From Octopus sinensis (lineage: Eukaryota): a DNA stretch of 64,000 bases. Below the pieces are notes generated by a model. It was not told the origin of the DNA. It saw only the letters and a program-made list of their open reading frames with translations, and searched no databases. Position 1 is the stretch's first letter, and every line of letters begins with the position of its first letter. The position numbers were made by a program, and so were the translations under genes. Below are positions 38,945 to 52,010 of the stretch, piece after piece. Location of the stretch: the NCBI RefSeq assembly GCF_006345805.1, contig NC_043003.1:67208001-67272000 (forward strand). The letters run 5' to 3'.

Positions 38945-39398
38945 TTTGTCATTAGACTGCGGCCATGCCAAGAACGGTTGTCAAGCCGTGATGGGTACAA
39001 ACGCAGACAGAAGCACACAAGACACACACACACACACACACACAGACACACAAACACACACACACACACACGAAAGCACACACACACACACAAAAGCACA
39101 CACACACACACACGCGCGAAAGCACACACACACACACGAAAGCACACACGCACACACACGAAAGCACACACACACACACACCCATCACAACATAACAGAC
39201 ACGCATATACATTCACTCACACATATACATATGCGACGGGCTTCTTTCAGTTTCCCTCCAAGAAATCTACTCACTAGTCTTTAGTCGATTTCAGGCAATA
39301 GTAGCAGTCATTTGCCCAATATGCGATGCAGTGGGACTGAACCCGGAACCATGTGGTTGGGAACCAAATCTGTGACCACAGAGGCACGTCAGAGCCTA
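38945..39398 (-). mobile_element. SINE type A with internal (CA)n/cacgaaagca repeats
   Basis: gactgcggccatgc tail; gcagtgggactgaacccggaaccatgtggttgg head. Confidence 0.82.
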
Positions 39399-40032
39399 TG
39401 ACATTAGAACCTCCATAATGATCATGATGGTGAGTCCGGTATCACCTCATCAATTGGCAATACATCAACTGGTTATGGCAACATTGATCGTGGATCAGCA
39501 TCGATAAAAAAAAAATCTACTACCTCAGCCGGCAGACTCAGCTCAACCGAACACACGTTATTTCCATTCAAATCATCAATAACGTGTCTGTTGAAAAAGT
39601 ACCGTACTAATAACGTACTGCATTTATTCCTCCAGAGATTAGCCATCACTGAGATTTCTCAGACTGACCAAACGTTAACCGAAGGACCCCCTTAAACAAG
39701 AATATTGCATGCCACAGCTGCACCTGTCATATGCCACCTGTGCGTATAGGTAATCCAAGGAAGATGCAATATTTATATAATAAAGTATTTCCGGTGCATT
39801 GGAGAAAAATAAGCAAGACTAGAAACGAAATGACGAATTGATATTTCCCAAACATTATTGCATCAGGTGAAGTGGACATCGCTTCAATGAAGTATTGCAA
39901 ATCCATTTCAGTATACCTGTCTATAAGACCGCTCACTGTTCGGGGATTAGGAGAATAATAGGAAATATTCCAACAGTAATTTCTTTTCTAATTTGAATAC
40001 ACACAAACATACACATACACACGCCCACACAT

Positions 40033-40063
<31 letters not shown>

Positions 40064-40064
40064 A

Positions 40065-40110
<46 letters not shown>

Positions 40111-40360
40111 GCATGTAAAAATTTAGATTAAGCTGAGGCACCATAATTTAGTGCGCTATTATCCAAGCAATTTCAAAGTTAGGTGATTCAAATCAAAATA
40201 AGCAACAAGGATATCCAGTGGTAATGCAGTACGAACGTTTCAATGCAATCATTACATCACTTTAAATTGTAGCACAATCTTCGGTTGCACAAAGACATAG
40301 AATTTAATTAAGTTAGAACAAATGGACAATTTACTATAATTATATATGCATGTACGTATT

Positions 40361-40467
<107 letters not shown>

Positions 40468-40470
40468 CTG

Positions 40471-40503
<33 letters not shown>

Positions 40504-40936
40504 ATGTATGTATGTATCTATTTATATGTATGTGTTTGTATATTTTATATAGATATACCGCAGTAAAATTACTAGCAAGTAAAAGAATAAAAGAATATAT
40601 GTATATATTTTTGAGAAGCCATTTTTACTTCTGGTATCCATGTTTTTTTAAAGTACACGCGACATTTGGTGACACACAGAAGAAGGGCTTGTATTTAAAG
40701 AGAAGCAAAATGAGTGTTTCAATTAAGGCTGCCAAGAACTGCTACAAATTCTCTCGGTTCTCTGTCTCTCTGTCTGTCTGATTCTGACTCTTTTTTCTCT
40801 CTCTGTCTGTCAGTCTGTTTCTCTCTCTAACTCTCAGCGTACGCAATTATACACACAAACACTTTATGTGCGTGGGTTTATCTGTATATATTTCTGTATT
40901 TGTAGGGAGATATATATCTGTATATGCACACATTCA

Positions 40937-40968
<32 letters not shown>

Positions 40969-41182
40969 CAAAGATTTATGTGTAGATATGCTGCAGTTAT
41001 ATAATATCTATCTACACACACAAACACGCACACACTCACACACACGCACACACTCACATACACGCACACACAGACACACACACAGACACAGGAACTTAGA
41101 ATTCAATAAGTATAGGATAAATCAATGAATCTTATTTTACATATCAAATAAGTATGTGTCTGTGTTTCTGTATGCGTTCATC

Positions 41183-41208
41183 TATGCGTTTCTTCATTCT
41201 GTATACGT

Positions 41209-41250
<42 letters not shown>

Positions 41251-41276
41251 ACGTATACAGAATGAAGAAACGCATA
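41183..41276. repeat. Perfect palindrome centred on (AT)19
   Basis: tatgcgtttcttcattctgtatacgtcc-(AT)19-ggacgtatacagaatgaagaaacgcata. Confidence 0.92.
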
Positions 41277-41281
41277 TATAT

Positions 41282-41347
<66 letters not shown>

Positions 41348-41701
41348 TGTGTATGTGTGTGTGCGTGTGTGCGTGCGTGCATGTGTGTGTGTGTGTGTGT
41401 GTTTATGTGTGTCTTATACAGTTCTATGAAAGTAATATCAACACAAATGTATTTCATTTCATGAGAGAAGAATAATATTTAACAAGCATTCTATATATTT
41501 TTAAGAGCTACTAATACTTCCACGCGATGAAAACGAATCAGACAGCATGTTATAACATTTCTAGAACCTTCACGCATTATTCATCAATTAGTAGCCCATA
41601 AAAAGTTGTAGAATCGGCTCCGAGGATTGTATAAATGCACCAGGCGTGTTATAAATTATGCCTGAAGTGTTTTTATCACATGAAATCCTTATTAACTGTT
41701 G

Positions 41702-41736
<35 letters not shown>

Positions 41737-41741
<5 letters not shown>

Positions 41742-43310
41742 TAGATAAACTTAGATATGTTTCGACTAAAGATTGGTCCAGGCCATGTCTAACTTAATAG
41801 CACCACCTGATAAGATTATTCGAATCCTGTTTAAGTCAAGTTTTGTTTATGGTCCATTCAAGTAGTGAGTTCTTGTTGGGTGAGTTGTATCCAATTATGG
41901 GTGGCTTATCTGGTATTCTTTGAAGGAATCTATCCAGACTCCGTTTAAAGTTGATGGGATCCTTTTCCTCTTTGATCTCCCTCGGGACAATGTTAAATTG
42001 TGCAGGGCCTGATGATGAAAAGAAATTATGTTGCAGTGTACATGTATGCTGTGATCTTGAATTGGGCAGGGGACGTATGGCCCGTGGTCCCAGTCTTGGA
42101 TGAACCTTGAAGCTAATGTTAAGGTCGTTTGGGCAAAGTTGGCGGTATATTCTCCACATCGTACAAATGATGTACCGCTCACGGCGACGCTGGAGAGAGT
42201 AAAGTTTCAAGGCTTTAAGGTAATCCCAATAATCGAGAGCAGCCATGCCTTCAATTCGTTTAGTGAGTACCCTCTGGGGTGACTCAACCCTGGAGATGTT
42301 TTGTCTTATATGGGGAGACCACAGTGGGCAGCAATATTCAAGGTGTGGCCGTACAAGGGAGGAGAAAAGTGGTATGATGACACCTTGTTCTCTGGACCGG
42401 AAAGTTCTTAAGATCCAGGAACTCATCCTAAGAGCTATATCGACCTTCTTGTTGATGTGTGCACTCCAACTGAGATTGTCATCAACAATTACACCCAGGT
42501 CTCTGATATTGTTAGAGGCTGTGATCGGTTCCCCTGAAGGAAGAGAGTATGGCTGTTTTAGTGAGGAATTTCTTCCAAAATGCATCAGCTCAAATTTTCC
42601 CTCATTCAGTTGCATTTTATTTCTGTCTGCCCATTGACTCACAGCATATAGATCAGACTGGAGTTGAGTTCGGTCTGCTTTTTCATTGACGATTTGCTGG
42701 AGCTTAGTGTCATCAGCAAATATTTTCACTTTGCAGTAATGTACGGCACTGGAAAGGTCGTTTATGTAAATTATGAAGAGTAGCGGACCCAAGACAATCC
42801 CCTGGAGAACACCGCTGGTGACTTTTGCTGGGCCTGAGTGGACTCCATCAACTACAACATGTTGTGTTCTATTCGCCAGGAAATACTTAATCCAGTGTAG
42901 AACTTTTCCACGGATTCCAACATTTGCCAATTTTGAGAGTAGGATATTATGGTCTACCCTGTCGAACGCTTTACTGAAGATATATGACGTCAGAGTTCGA
43001 ACCTGTTTCCAAGGCTTTGAGTACATCTTCAATGTGGTGTAAGAACTGTGTTAGACAGTCCCTGCCACAGCGAAAGCCATGCTGATTTGCATTTAGGAGT
43101 TTGTGGGTCTCCAGGAAGTCAGATATCCTTGATCTTAACACTCTTTCAAACACTTTAATGATGTGGGAGGTGAGTGAGATTGGGCGATAGTTGACTGCGA
43201 GGGATCTGTTTCCCTGTTTGAAAACCGGGATGACCGACTGGGATAGAAATTGTTTCGGTATATAACCTGCATCTAACGAATTTCTCCAGAGGTTGGTCAG
43301 AGGGACTGCA
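41737..43310 (-). mobile_element. 5'-truncated CR1/L2-group LINE (family L-B)
   Basis: NYRPISLTSHIIKVFER, QHGFR.GRDCLTQ, FSKAFDRVDH, SGVLQGIVLGPLLF, FADDTK, LVRPHLEYCCPLWSP; 3'UTR and short repeated tail (tctaagttt) abutting (TA)n. Confidence 0.93.
41836..43310 (-). pseudogene. LINE ORF2 reverse transcriptase, single frameshift near 42975
   Basis: ORFs 42971-43402 (LINE part only) and 41836-43032 overlap at YL(D)FSKAFD; catalytic FADD intact. Confidence 0.88.
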
Positions 43311-44084
43311 TGCCTTTTGGTTTCTATATGCGTAAATAAATATATATATATAGTTATAACCTCTCGGTTTTGTATATATACAAAACATATTAATATATCC
43401 ATATATATATTCGTACTTTATACACACTATATATATACACATGTGTATATCCGTATATATATATTTAAAACTTATGCATATACATACAAGTGCGTACATA
43501 GAATTTTGCTCTCATGCTGACACATGTCAAAGCAGTAACGTATTATCTTCAACAGTCCTCTTGTCGCTAGAAAATGAGTCTTTTTACTTCATGTCAGTTT
43601 TTAATAACGTTCGATCTTTAAGATGTTTTCTTTTGATATGATGTTGACATCTGATATCGGAGTAGCAAATCCAGTAGCAAATAGAGAAATACACTGGCTA
43701 TGGAATACTTATATCCACAGTGTTTTTCTTTTCCTTTGTGTGCGTGTGTGTCTATGGCAAACTAGTTTTTCTTAAAATGAGGAAATATTGCTCTGGGTGT
43801 CATTATTCGATAATGACAGAAATTTATATTCTACGTTACACGGAGTGTTTTCACTCAAGTAATACAAAATCGATTTCTAACTTATCAAACTCGAAATTTT
43901 ATATATCCTAGAATCTATACGCTTGTTTAATCATATCATAGAATTAGCCTGAAACATAAAGGCCAGTGGGTACCCGGATAAGGTAGTTGATACCGGCAGA
44001 ATGAAGACAATAAGCATAGGATAAAAATGAATGCAATGATTACGAAATGCCATGCGGTTCATCTCATCATATTACTTTAATAAA

Positions 44085-44296
44085 GTTCCAAATTTTTGCA
44101 GAGGGCCAGCAAATTCGGTGGACGGAAGTAAGTCTATTACATTGATACCAGTGCTCAACGGTTATTTATTGTATCGATCTCACAAAGGAAAGGCAAAGTC
44201 AATGTCTGCAGCACTTGAATTCAGAACAGAATGAAAGACAAATGCCGCTAAGCGTTTTGTTCGGCGTGCTAACAATTCTGCCAGATCGCCGCCTTC
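44085..44296 (-). mobile_element. SINE type B (diverged)
   Basis: gaaaggcaaagtc...tcagaac...gcgtgctaacaattctgccagatcgccgcctt. Confidence 0.75.
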
Positions 44297-44511
44297 CATA
44301 TTCCTTTGATATAAAATCTAATACAGTCAAGGTGTTACTCAGCTAAGTAAATAGATATTTCCAGTATCTCCAAAAGTCATTATAAAGTAAATTATTCAGC
44401 AGACACATCTTGATTTAAATTCTGCTTGCATGAGAACATCAAAAACTTCATATCATTCATATAGAGAATGAGCAATATAGAAAAGTTTTATTGAAGTAAC
44501 ACCTACGCATT

Positions 44512-44670
44512 TCTACTATAGACAGAAGGCCTGAAATATGGAGCAGCTGCAAGTCGATTACATCGACTTCAGTACAAAACTGACACTTATTTTACCGACA
44601 CCGAAAGCATGAAAATCAAGGTCAATCCCGGCGAATATTGAATTCACAAAGTAAAGACGGAGAAAATTCT
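44512..44670 (-). mobile_element. SINE type B fragment
   Basis: ttctactatag...gtcgattacatcgac...ccgaaagcatgaaa. Confidence 0.65.
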
Positions 44671-45808
44671 GCTAATATTTCTATATTTTTTATCCCTATA
44701 TTAGATTCCCAATATAAGATAATAATGTTTACTGAAATCATTTTGAAAATCGTCTAAAGTATATTTACTTAAATTTCTTAATATGAAATCTGGATTTCAA
44801 ATTGGTAGTAGACATTAAAACATCTAGTGCATTAATAGTATATCTTCCCCTACCCATCTAACTCCAACATACCAGCTTTTTGCTTAGTGCATTCAAATGT
44901 ACCTTGGCTGCGTTCATCTGAAAAAGAATAGATTTATTGGTTTTGACATTTGTTCTATCTCTTCCTATATCTATAAATAGAAAAATTCTATCCAACGAAA
45001 AATCCCCCTCCCTACTGATAGATCTAAATAACAAAGTTAAAATCTACAGTAAGAGAATAGATTTAATACTATCATGTTCTTATGAATGAAAGCAACATCT
45101 CTGTTTGTATATCTACCCTCTTTATAATAATGTTGGCAAACGAAATAGGGATAAGAATGCGCATTGTCCGTTTGATTGAAAAGTCTCTAAAGGTGGCTGA
45201 AGATTGCCCGACGTATTAAAACTGATGTAATGCTTACCGTGTTTAATAAAATGAAGTAGCATGAAACGATCGTACCACATTACCTCGGATATACTTGTTG
45301 CTTATTTTGATTACATATATATATATAAATATATACACGTGCACACACAATTATATATGCATATGTATGTATATATCTGTATGCATAACGAACATGGTTT
45401 CGTAACATTTGTCACCATTGTAGCATCACGTAATTCTTCTAAGAAAATAGACATGTTCATCATCTAATTCAATGCGATTCTATATTTGATGGCGTAACAT
45501 TCGTGCTTCAGCAACAGAGTTGATATTTAGAGAGAAACAGATGAAAAAGGCGATTTAGATTAGAAGAAAATGAGATTGAAATACATGGAAAGCGTTTTAT
45601 TTACCATTATCTATTCTCTTTTGTTCTTTTTCATACGACGTTTCTGTAATTTCGCAAAGTTGTAAAGATTCTTATGGCATGCATCCCCTCCACACGCACA
45701 CAGATACAAACAGACGTAAGTAAGTAATGTTCGAAAAGATACTTAGGTACAAAATCATATACACACACATGTATGTATGAGTAAGTATATACATACTTAT
45801 AATTATAT

Positions 45809-45849
<41 letters not shown>

Positions 45850-46022
45850 TACACACACATATATATATATACATAGATATGCAAAACCCTGGTACACCAT
45901 AATAGCCGCAACTCAGAGATTTTGAAAGAAAAGAGGCTTTGGGATTTTAAACTTTTGTGAATTACTGCATATACACACAGTCACTGCTGCGCCTACATAA
46001 ATACATATATACATATACATAC

Positions 46023-46057
<35 letters not shown>

Positions 46058-46199
46058 TATGTAAATATATATGTATATATATATATATGTGTATATATAT
46101 ATATATGTATATATATGTATATATATGTATATATATGTATATATATATATGTATATATATGTATATATGTATATATATGTATATATGTATATATATATG

Positions 46200-46233
<34 letters not shown>

Positions 46234-46244
46234 AATACCCTTTC

Positions 46245-46446
46245 AGTTTTTCCTTGTTTCGCTCAATTGACTGCGGCCATGCTAGAGCACCATCTATACT
46301 CGAACAATTGACCCCAGGACTCACTCCTTGTGAGCCTGGTACTTATTCTATCGGTTTCTATTGCCGAAACACTAAGTTTCGATGACATAAACAGACCACA
46401 ATCAGTGGCGGAACAAACAGAGACACAAAGGCACACACACACAAAT

Positions 46447-46485
<39 letters not shown>

Positions 46486-46882
46486 GATATATATATATAT
46501 ATATATATAATATATATACATACATATATATATATCTATATATATATATATAATATATATAATATATATAATAATAATAATAGGGAATAAATCCAAACTT
46601 ACAGGTAAAAATTAGATTTAGGATTAAATCCAATTTTATAGTATAAATATATTATATTATATTATATTGAATTAGAGATAAAACCACTATTAGGCAAATC
46701 AAACAGTGAAAAACATAAGTCAATACATAGAATTAATTAAAAAATATAAAAGTTAAAAATAAAAAATTATTTAAATAATTTTTTATTTTTTACTTTTATA
46801 TCTTTAAATTAATTCTATGTATTGACTTATGTTTTTCACTGTTTGAGTTGCCTAATAGTGGTTTTATCTCTAATTAAATATA

Positions 46883-46955
<73 letters not shown>

Positions 46956-47090
46956 GACGGGCTTGTTTTAGTTTCCGTCTACCAAGGCTTTGGTCGGCCC
47001 GATGCTATAGTAGAAGACACTCGCCGAAGGTGCAGCGCCGTGGGACTGAACCCGGAACTAATTGGGAAGCAAGTTCCGTACCACACAGCT
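46245..47090 (-). mobile_element. SINE type A whose internal (TA)n hosts a palindromic insertion
   Basis: Tail 46245-46440 (gactgcggccatgctagagcacc); head 46955-47090 (cgacgggctt...gtgggactgaacccggaac). Confidence 0.82.
46575..46890. mobile_element. (TA)n-embedded fold-back element with a ~236-bp spacerless palindrome (46655-46890)
   Basis: Symmetry centre 46772/46773; ~118-bp arms with few mismatches; starts aataataataggg like the other (TA)n elements. Confidence 0.75.
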
Positions 47091-48084
47091 AATTGCAGAA
47101 AATGCAGAGTTGGTAAAGATGTAAATTAATTTATTTACACAGTTCCAAGGTAAAACCTGAACACAAATAATTTTTTAAAACCTTAGTACTTCTATTCTAG
47201 CGTACATATAAATGCATAATTTCAAGAATTGGATTAAATCCAATGTTGAGAATCACTTATCATTTTGAAAAATTTAGGGTAGAATCTCTTCAGTGTTTCT
47301 TGCTTGTTTGTTTTGTTTTGTTTTGTTTTTTTAAATGAAGATTACATGCTTATGAAAGGGAATGAACATACTAGGAAGAAAGGAAATATTTATCTTATAT
47401 ATATATATGTTAAGAATATCATACAAAAAATATAAATTTATAATAATAATAATAACGATAAAATTAATTAAATATAAAAATGCAAAGATAAAAAGATGTA
47501 AAATTTATGAAAAGATAATACAATAAAAATGTATTAGTAAATACAAATAAAAATGTATTATAATCAGAAAGATAAAATAAAAACAAATAGTAATAAATAT
47601 GTAATACAAATAAATAAGTAAAAATAAAAACGTTATCTATCTAAATTACTATCGGTTTACATAGACAATGTAAATTCTTGACCAAAGTGTCAATAACCAT
47701 AAAACCCTGTCGTATCAAGTTTATCGATCTATGTATATTAGTGTATAGTCAAGTTTGATTTGTATAACCGTGGAGAAATACATCTTTTCATATTTTTATA
47801 TACATCCATATAGACTTTAAGCGTATGTATTTGTATTTGTTTATATTGTAGCTATATGTACTTATATATGAGTGTGTTTGCTTTTATATATACGTGAAAA
47901 TATACTTATATATATGTTATTCGATAACTTAATAAAGTAAAGGAATTAAATTAATATGTTAGAAAAAATTATACACATTAAACTTATATTTAATAAATCT
48001 TATGTATGTATGCATATATCAAATCTTATATCTAGAAATATTTAGAGAAAAGCTGTTTATGTGCATATAGACAAGCTAAAAACT

Positions 48085-48455
48085 CTCTAATTCCGAGAAT
48101 TAAAGAATTTGCACTTGGAAGATGATATTAAGTAAATCTCTTCTGTACAAAGTTGACACATCTTGTCGTTCGAACGATAAGATTTCACATGGATCAGAAT
48201 TTTCCATTTAATTTAAAAACTTTTATTACTATCTTTTAAATTCCAAATGAATTTACCAAAACTCCCGTTGTTAATTTTAAGACGGTTATTAAGGCTATTC
48301 TCATGATTAGCAATTCTACTCTTCATAAAAATTCAGTGGGCCCGATATAGAAATGATTCATACCTTCAGATTCCACAATAGACTGGTATACCCTTTTCCT
48401 CCGTTTACAGAAATAATTAAATTTACAGTTTGCTTATTTCTTACAATCACAAAAA
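48085..48455 (-). pseudogene. Penelope-type GIY-YIG endonuclease module 2 (stops and one frameshift)
   Basis: CDCKK*ANCKFNYFC...VYQSIVESEGMNHFYIGPTE / MKSRIANHENSL...GKFIWNLK...IKWKIL...MCQLCTEEIYLI...FNSR. Confidence 0.75.
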
Positions 48456-48523
48456 TTATTTTCATCTGCTTTAACCTTTACTAAAATATGGGATTTCCTG
48501 TTGGTTATTTCCCTTCTACTATT

Positions 48524-48870
48524 GTGAAGGCGCATGGCTCAGTGGTTAGAGCGTCGAGCTTACGATCGTGAGGTGGTGAGCTCGAATCCCGGACTGGGCT
48601 GCGTGTTGTGTTCTTGAGCAAGGCACTTTATTTTCACGTTGCTCCAGTTCACTCAGCTGTAGAAATGAGTTGCAACATCACTGGTGCCAAGCTGTATCGA
48701 CCTTTGTCTTTCCCTTGGATAACGCTGGTGGCGTGGAGAGGGGAGGCTGGTATGCATGGGCGACTGCTGGTCTTCCATAAACAACCTTGCCCGGACTTGT
48801 GTTTAGGAGGGTAACTTTCTAGGTGCAATCCCATGGTCATTCATGACCGAAGAGGGTCTTTACCTTACCT
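48524..48870 (+). mobile_element. Full-length tRNA(Arg)-like SINE type D with 7-bp TSD, inserted in the Penelope-like element
   Basis: A box tggctcagtggttaga, ACG anticodon-like loop, B-box-like gctcgaatccc, (TTACC)n tail; TSD tactatt at 48517-48523 and 48871-48877. Confidence 0.9.
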
Positions 48871-49589
48871 TACTATTTAAACTAAAGTTTCTACTGTTTC
48901 TCATGGCAGATTTATTAGATTTTCTAGTCGATGAAGAACGATAAATTTTACGATTCTCGAAAAAATAATCCAATTTAGAATTATTTATTGAAGATATTAT
49001 ATGAAATAAATTTTTCGATACACAGAAACCAAATCTAATAACTTTTTGACTAATAATTTCACTCTATTTTTTGTTAGTAAAGTGCTTGCTTATTAATAAT
49101 CTCCGCAAAAATTTAATTAGTTCTTTTTTTAAAAGGAATAATTAGCCAAATAATATTTTCGTTTATATAATTCGGGGTATGATAATTCTCATAATTTCTT
49201 TTTGTGGATTTTACATAAAGTATATATTTCTTAGTTTCGTTCATTTGTGTACTATAATTTCCATTATTATTAACAGATTTCAAATAACTGTACTGGTCAT
49301 TAATTGTATTATTGCGATATTCCTTATTTTGATTATAACTAGTGGATTCAGGGTTAGACTTTAATGTAAGATATATCTCGATTTTTCTTGTAATTATTAT
49401 TAAATTTCTCACGTGGATTTTGGTTAAATTTAGTATTTTGTTTAAATTTATCCATATTTACAATTCTGCTTATGTTATGATCATCCGTGTTTATGACATT
49501 TATATTCTGTTCACTATTACTGTATTTATATTTTGTTTATATATTTGCATTTATATTTTGTTTACTATTATTAATTTCTTTTATATTTT

Positions 49590-49925
49590 ATATTTTAATT
49601 AGATACGATTCCCTAATACATTATTTACATCTATCCGATCTATTACTGAACGGGAGAGCGCTGGCAATTATGAACCATGATAGATCATACCTTAAATGTC
49701 TACCTCTAAGGTAACTCACAAAGGTCGCAAAAGTGGTGGATGTATTGCATTTAGGGTTTGTGAAAGAATTCATATGGAATTTATATCTCCTTTTGAAGTC
49801 GGTCGTGCTTCCGATATATACTTTCAATTGGCCATTAAATACAGTAAGCACCGAATTCTAGAAAACGTTGTGCCGGCGACATGAGCCTGTAAGTGGATAG
49901 GTGCAAGGGACCCTACAATTACATA
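49590..49925 (-). pseudogene. Penelope-type GIY-YIG endonuclease module 1
   Basis: CNCRVPCTYPLTGSC...NVF*...KVYIGSTTDFKRRYKFHMNSF...STTFA..V.YL......LSW.II..A.PF...SDRCK*CIRE. Confidence 0.82.
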
Positions 49926-51234
49926 GTTTATTGGATGTTACGCTAGACTGGGTTTTCTTATTTCTATTCTTATTCTATTCTTATGATTATTAATACTATT
50001 ACACATACTGATACTCTTATTTTTGTCGTCACTGATAATAATAAGATTAAACTTAGGTTTGGCAACTGATTTCAAAATTATATATTTATTATTATCATTA
50101 TTATCCTTAGCCATACACTTAAATCTCTTTCCACCCAATCCAGTGCATAAGGTATTGTTATTAGCTAGAGTATTATGCTTATGAGCAACACGTTTAAAAT
50201 TCTCCTATATATTCAGGCTATTATAATTACTAAATTGAGCATTAGAGTATATAAAAATTTTACAGAGTATCCGTTGCTTATAGAATAATATTTAAGGTGT
50301 TTAGGGAAATTTGATTCTAGAATTTTAAAGTAAATTGCAGGTAAATTTCTAACCCTGAGTAAAAGGGGAGGGATGAACTAGACAACCACACGTATTCTAG
50401 GTTTAGAATTGCTGGTTAGGATTTTCAGGGTAGACGGTTTATAGTTATATTTGTTACTATTATTATATTGTATATGGTTTCTCGAGCTAAACCCTTAAAA
50501 TTGCAGTTGGTTAGTGCTAAGGCCGCTAAAGTGGTGGATGCCTTGCATTTAGGTTTACCCCAAATCTACGGAATTTTCAGTTTCATTTTTTTATTTTGTA
50601 TTTGGTATATAATAAATGCTTTTATCAAATCCGCTTAATTTCAAGGATTTGTTATAAAACAGTGCGTGTTGTTTAAAGATATCTTCGTTATATATACATG
50701 CATGTATACTTACGACCAGCAGACGTTAACATAAATCTGAAGATCAGTGAAAAAGAGAAACCTACGTTAACTATTGAGAAATCTGCACTTACTGTGTCCA
50801 GGCTACAAGTTCAGGTTTTTACCTGTAATTATTGAGGCCTAGAGATATGCAACACACTACCTAATCTTGAGTAATTCGGTTTCTCAAAACCAGAAAGGAG
50901 AAAAATAATTCGAAGACTACAGATACAATTCATCACTGAAACTGTAAATATCTGTAAAACTTTCCAGAAGTTTCTCATCTAAATATATTTGAGCAGATCT
51001 AAATATGCAACTATATGCATCAGAATACTTACATAAAGTAAAACATACAAGTCGGCACATATATATACACACTGATGTTGATGTTCAAATTCCAATGAAG
51101 GGGCCTTGGAATTTGGTTAGAGACCGGCTCTTTCTCCATTGGCAAGAAATCTTGAACTAAAATTGAATAATGACATACATACACACATGCATATATATGT
51201 ACATATTCACACGCACGAACAGATACATACACGA

Positions 51235-51303
<69 letters not shown>

Positions 51304-51656
51304 CGCTTCTATATGAAAAAGTGTGGTAAGACCCAGACTTTGCTTGTTCAGAAAATGAAAAAAATAGTTTCACCACTGCATTTTGTTGGGTGAATAAAAT
51401 CGTAACTCCATTCGTGTATGATATTTTCAGTTGCAAATATTGTTGCAAAACTGTCGCATGTGGAACTTAATACACTTTTGAAAAATGCTAAACCATTGTA
51501 CTACACTTTGACAATTTTCATATTTTGGTATCTGAGGCAGTTGACCAAAATAAGCCAAAGTAAATATTGAAAAACAAAACCGCATTTGGCCAAATTTGGA
51601 CATAAAATTTAACATACTAGTAACGATATTTATATAATAGCAACGATATATATATA

Positions 51657-51995
51657 GCGCAGGAGTGGCTATGTGGTAAGTAACGTACTTATCAACCACA
51701 TGGTTCCTGGTTCATTCCTCTTGGGCAAATGTCTTCTACTATACATCTATATATATATAGATGTGTGTGTGTGCATATTTATGCGCGTCTCTGTTTGTCC
51801 ACTCACCTACCATGGCTTGACCACCGATGGTGGTGTGTTTACCTCCCCTTACCTTAGAGGCAAAAGAGACCGATAGATTAAGTACTACGCTTTCAAACAA
51901 ATAGCTCTGGGGTCGATTTGTTCGATTAACAGGCGGTGCTCCAGCACAGCGGCAGTCAAAGTATTGAAATAAATAAAAGAAGAAAAGAAAAAAGA
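51657..51995 (+). mobile_element. SINE type A (internally deleted)
   Basis: gcgcaggagtggctatgtggtaag head; ggcggtgctccagca tail. Confidence 0.82.
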
Positions 51996-52010
51996 ATATA
52001 TGTATATATA

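Larger units (their letters stand above)
47130..50690 (-). mobile_element. Decayed Penelope-like retroelement (RT C-terminus/linker, two GIY-YIG modules, AT-rich 3' region)
   Basis: NEDIFKQHALFYNKSLKLSGF (~50610-50690); V*FIPP...ILESNFPKH.KYY.I.NGYSVKF.Y..M.NL..II (~50200-50395); GIY-YIG modules at 49590-49925 and 48085-48455. The 3' boundary is uncertain. Confidence 0.8.

Noticed and set aside
39727-39936. 69-aa ORF with a hydrophobic stretch
   Set aside because: Short, non-ATG start, no splice or homology support.
47215-47295. CTGAAGA...GAAA on the minus strand at the PLE 3' end as a hammerhead
   Set aside because: The position is plausible, but stems I/II and the cleavage triplet are not recoverable.
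48524-48600. tRNA-Arg gene (and other tRNA-like heads)
   Set aside because: No proper acceptor stem; continues into a SINE body with tail and TSD.
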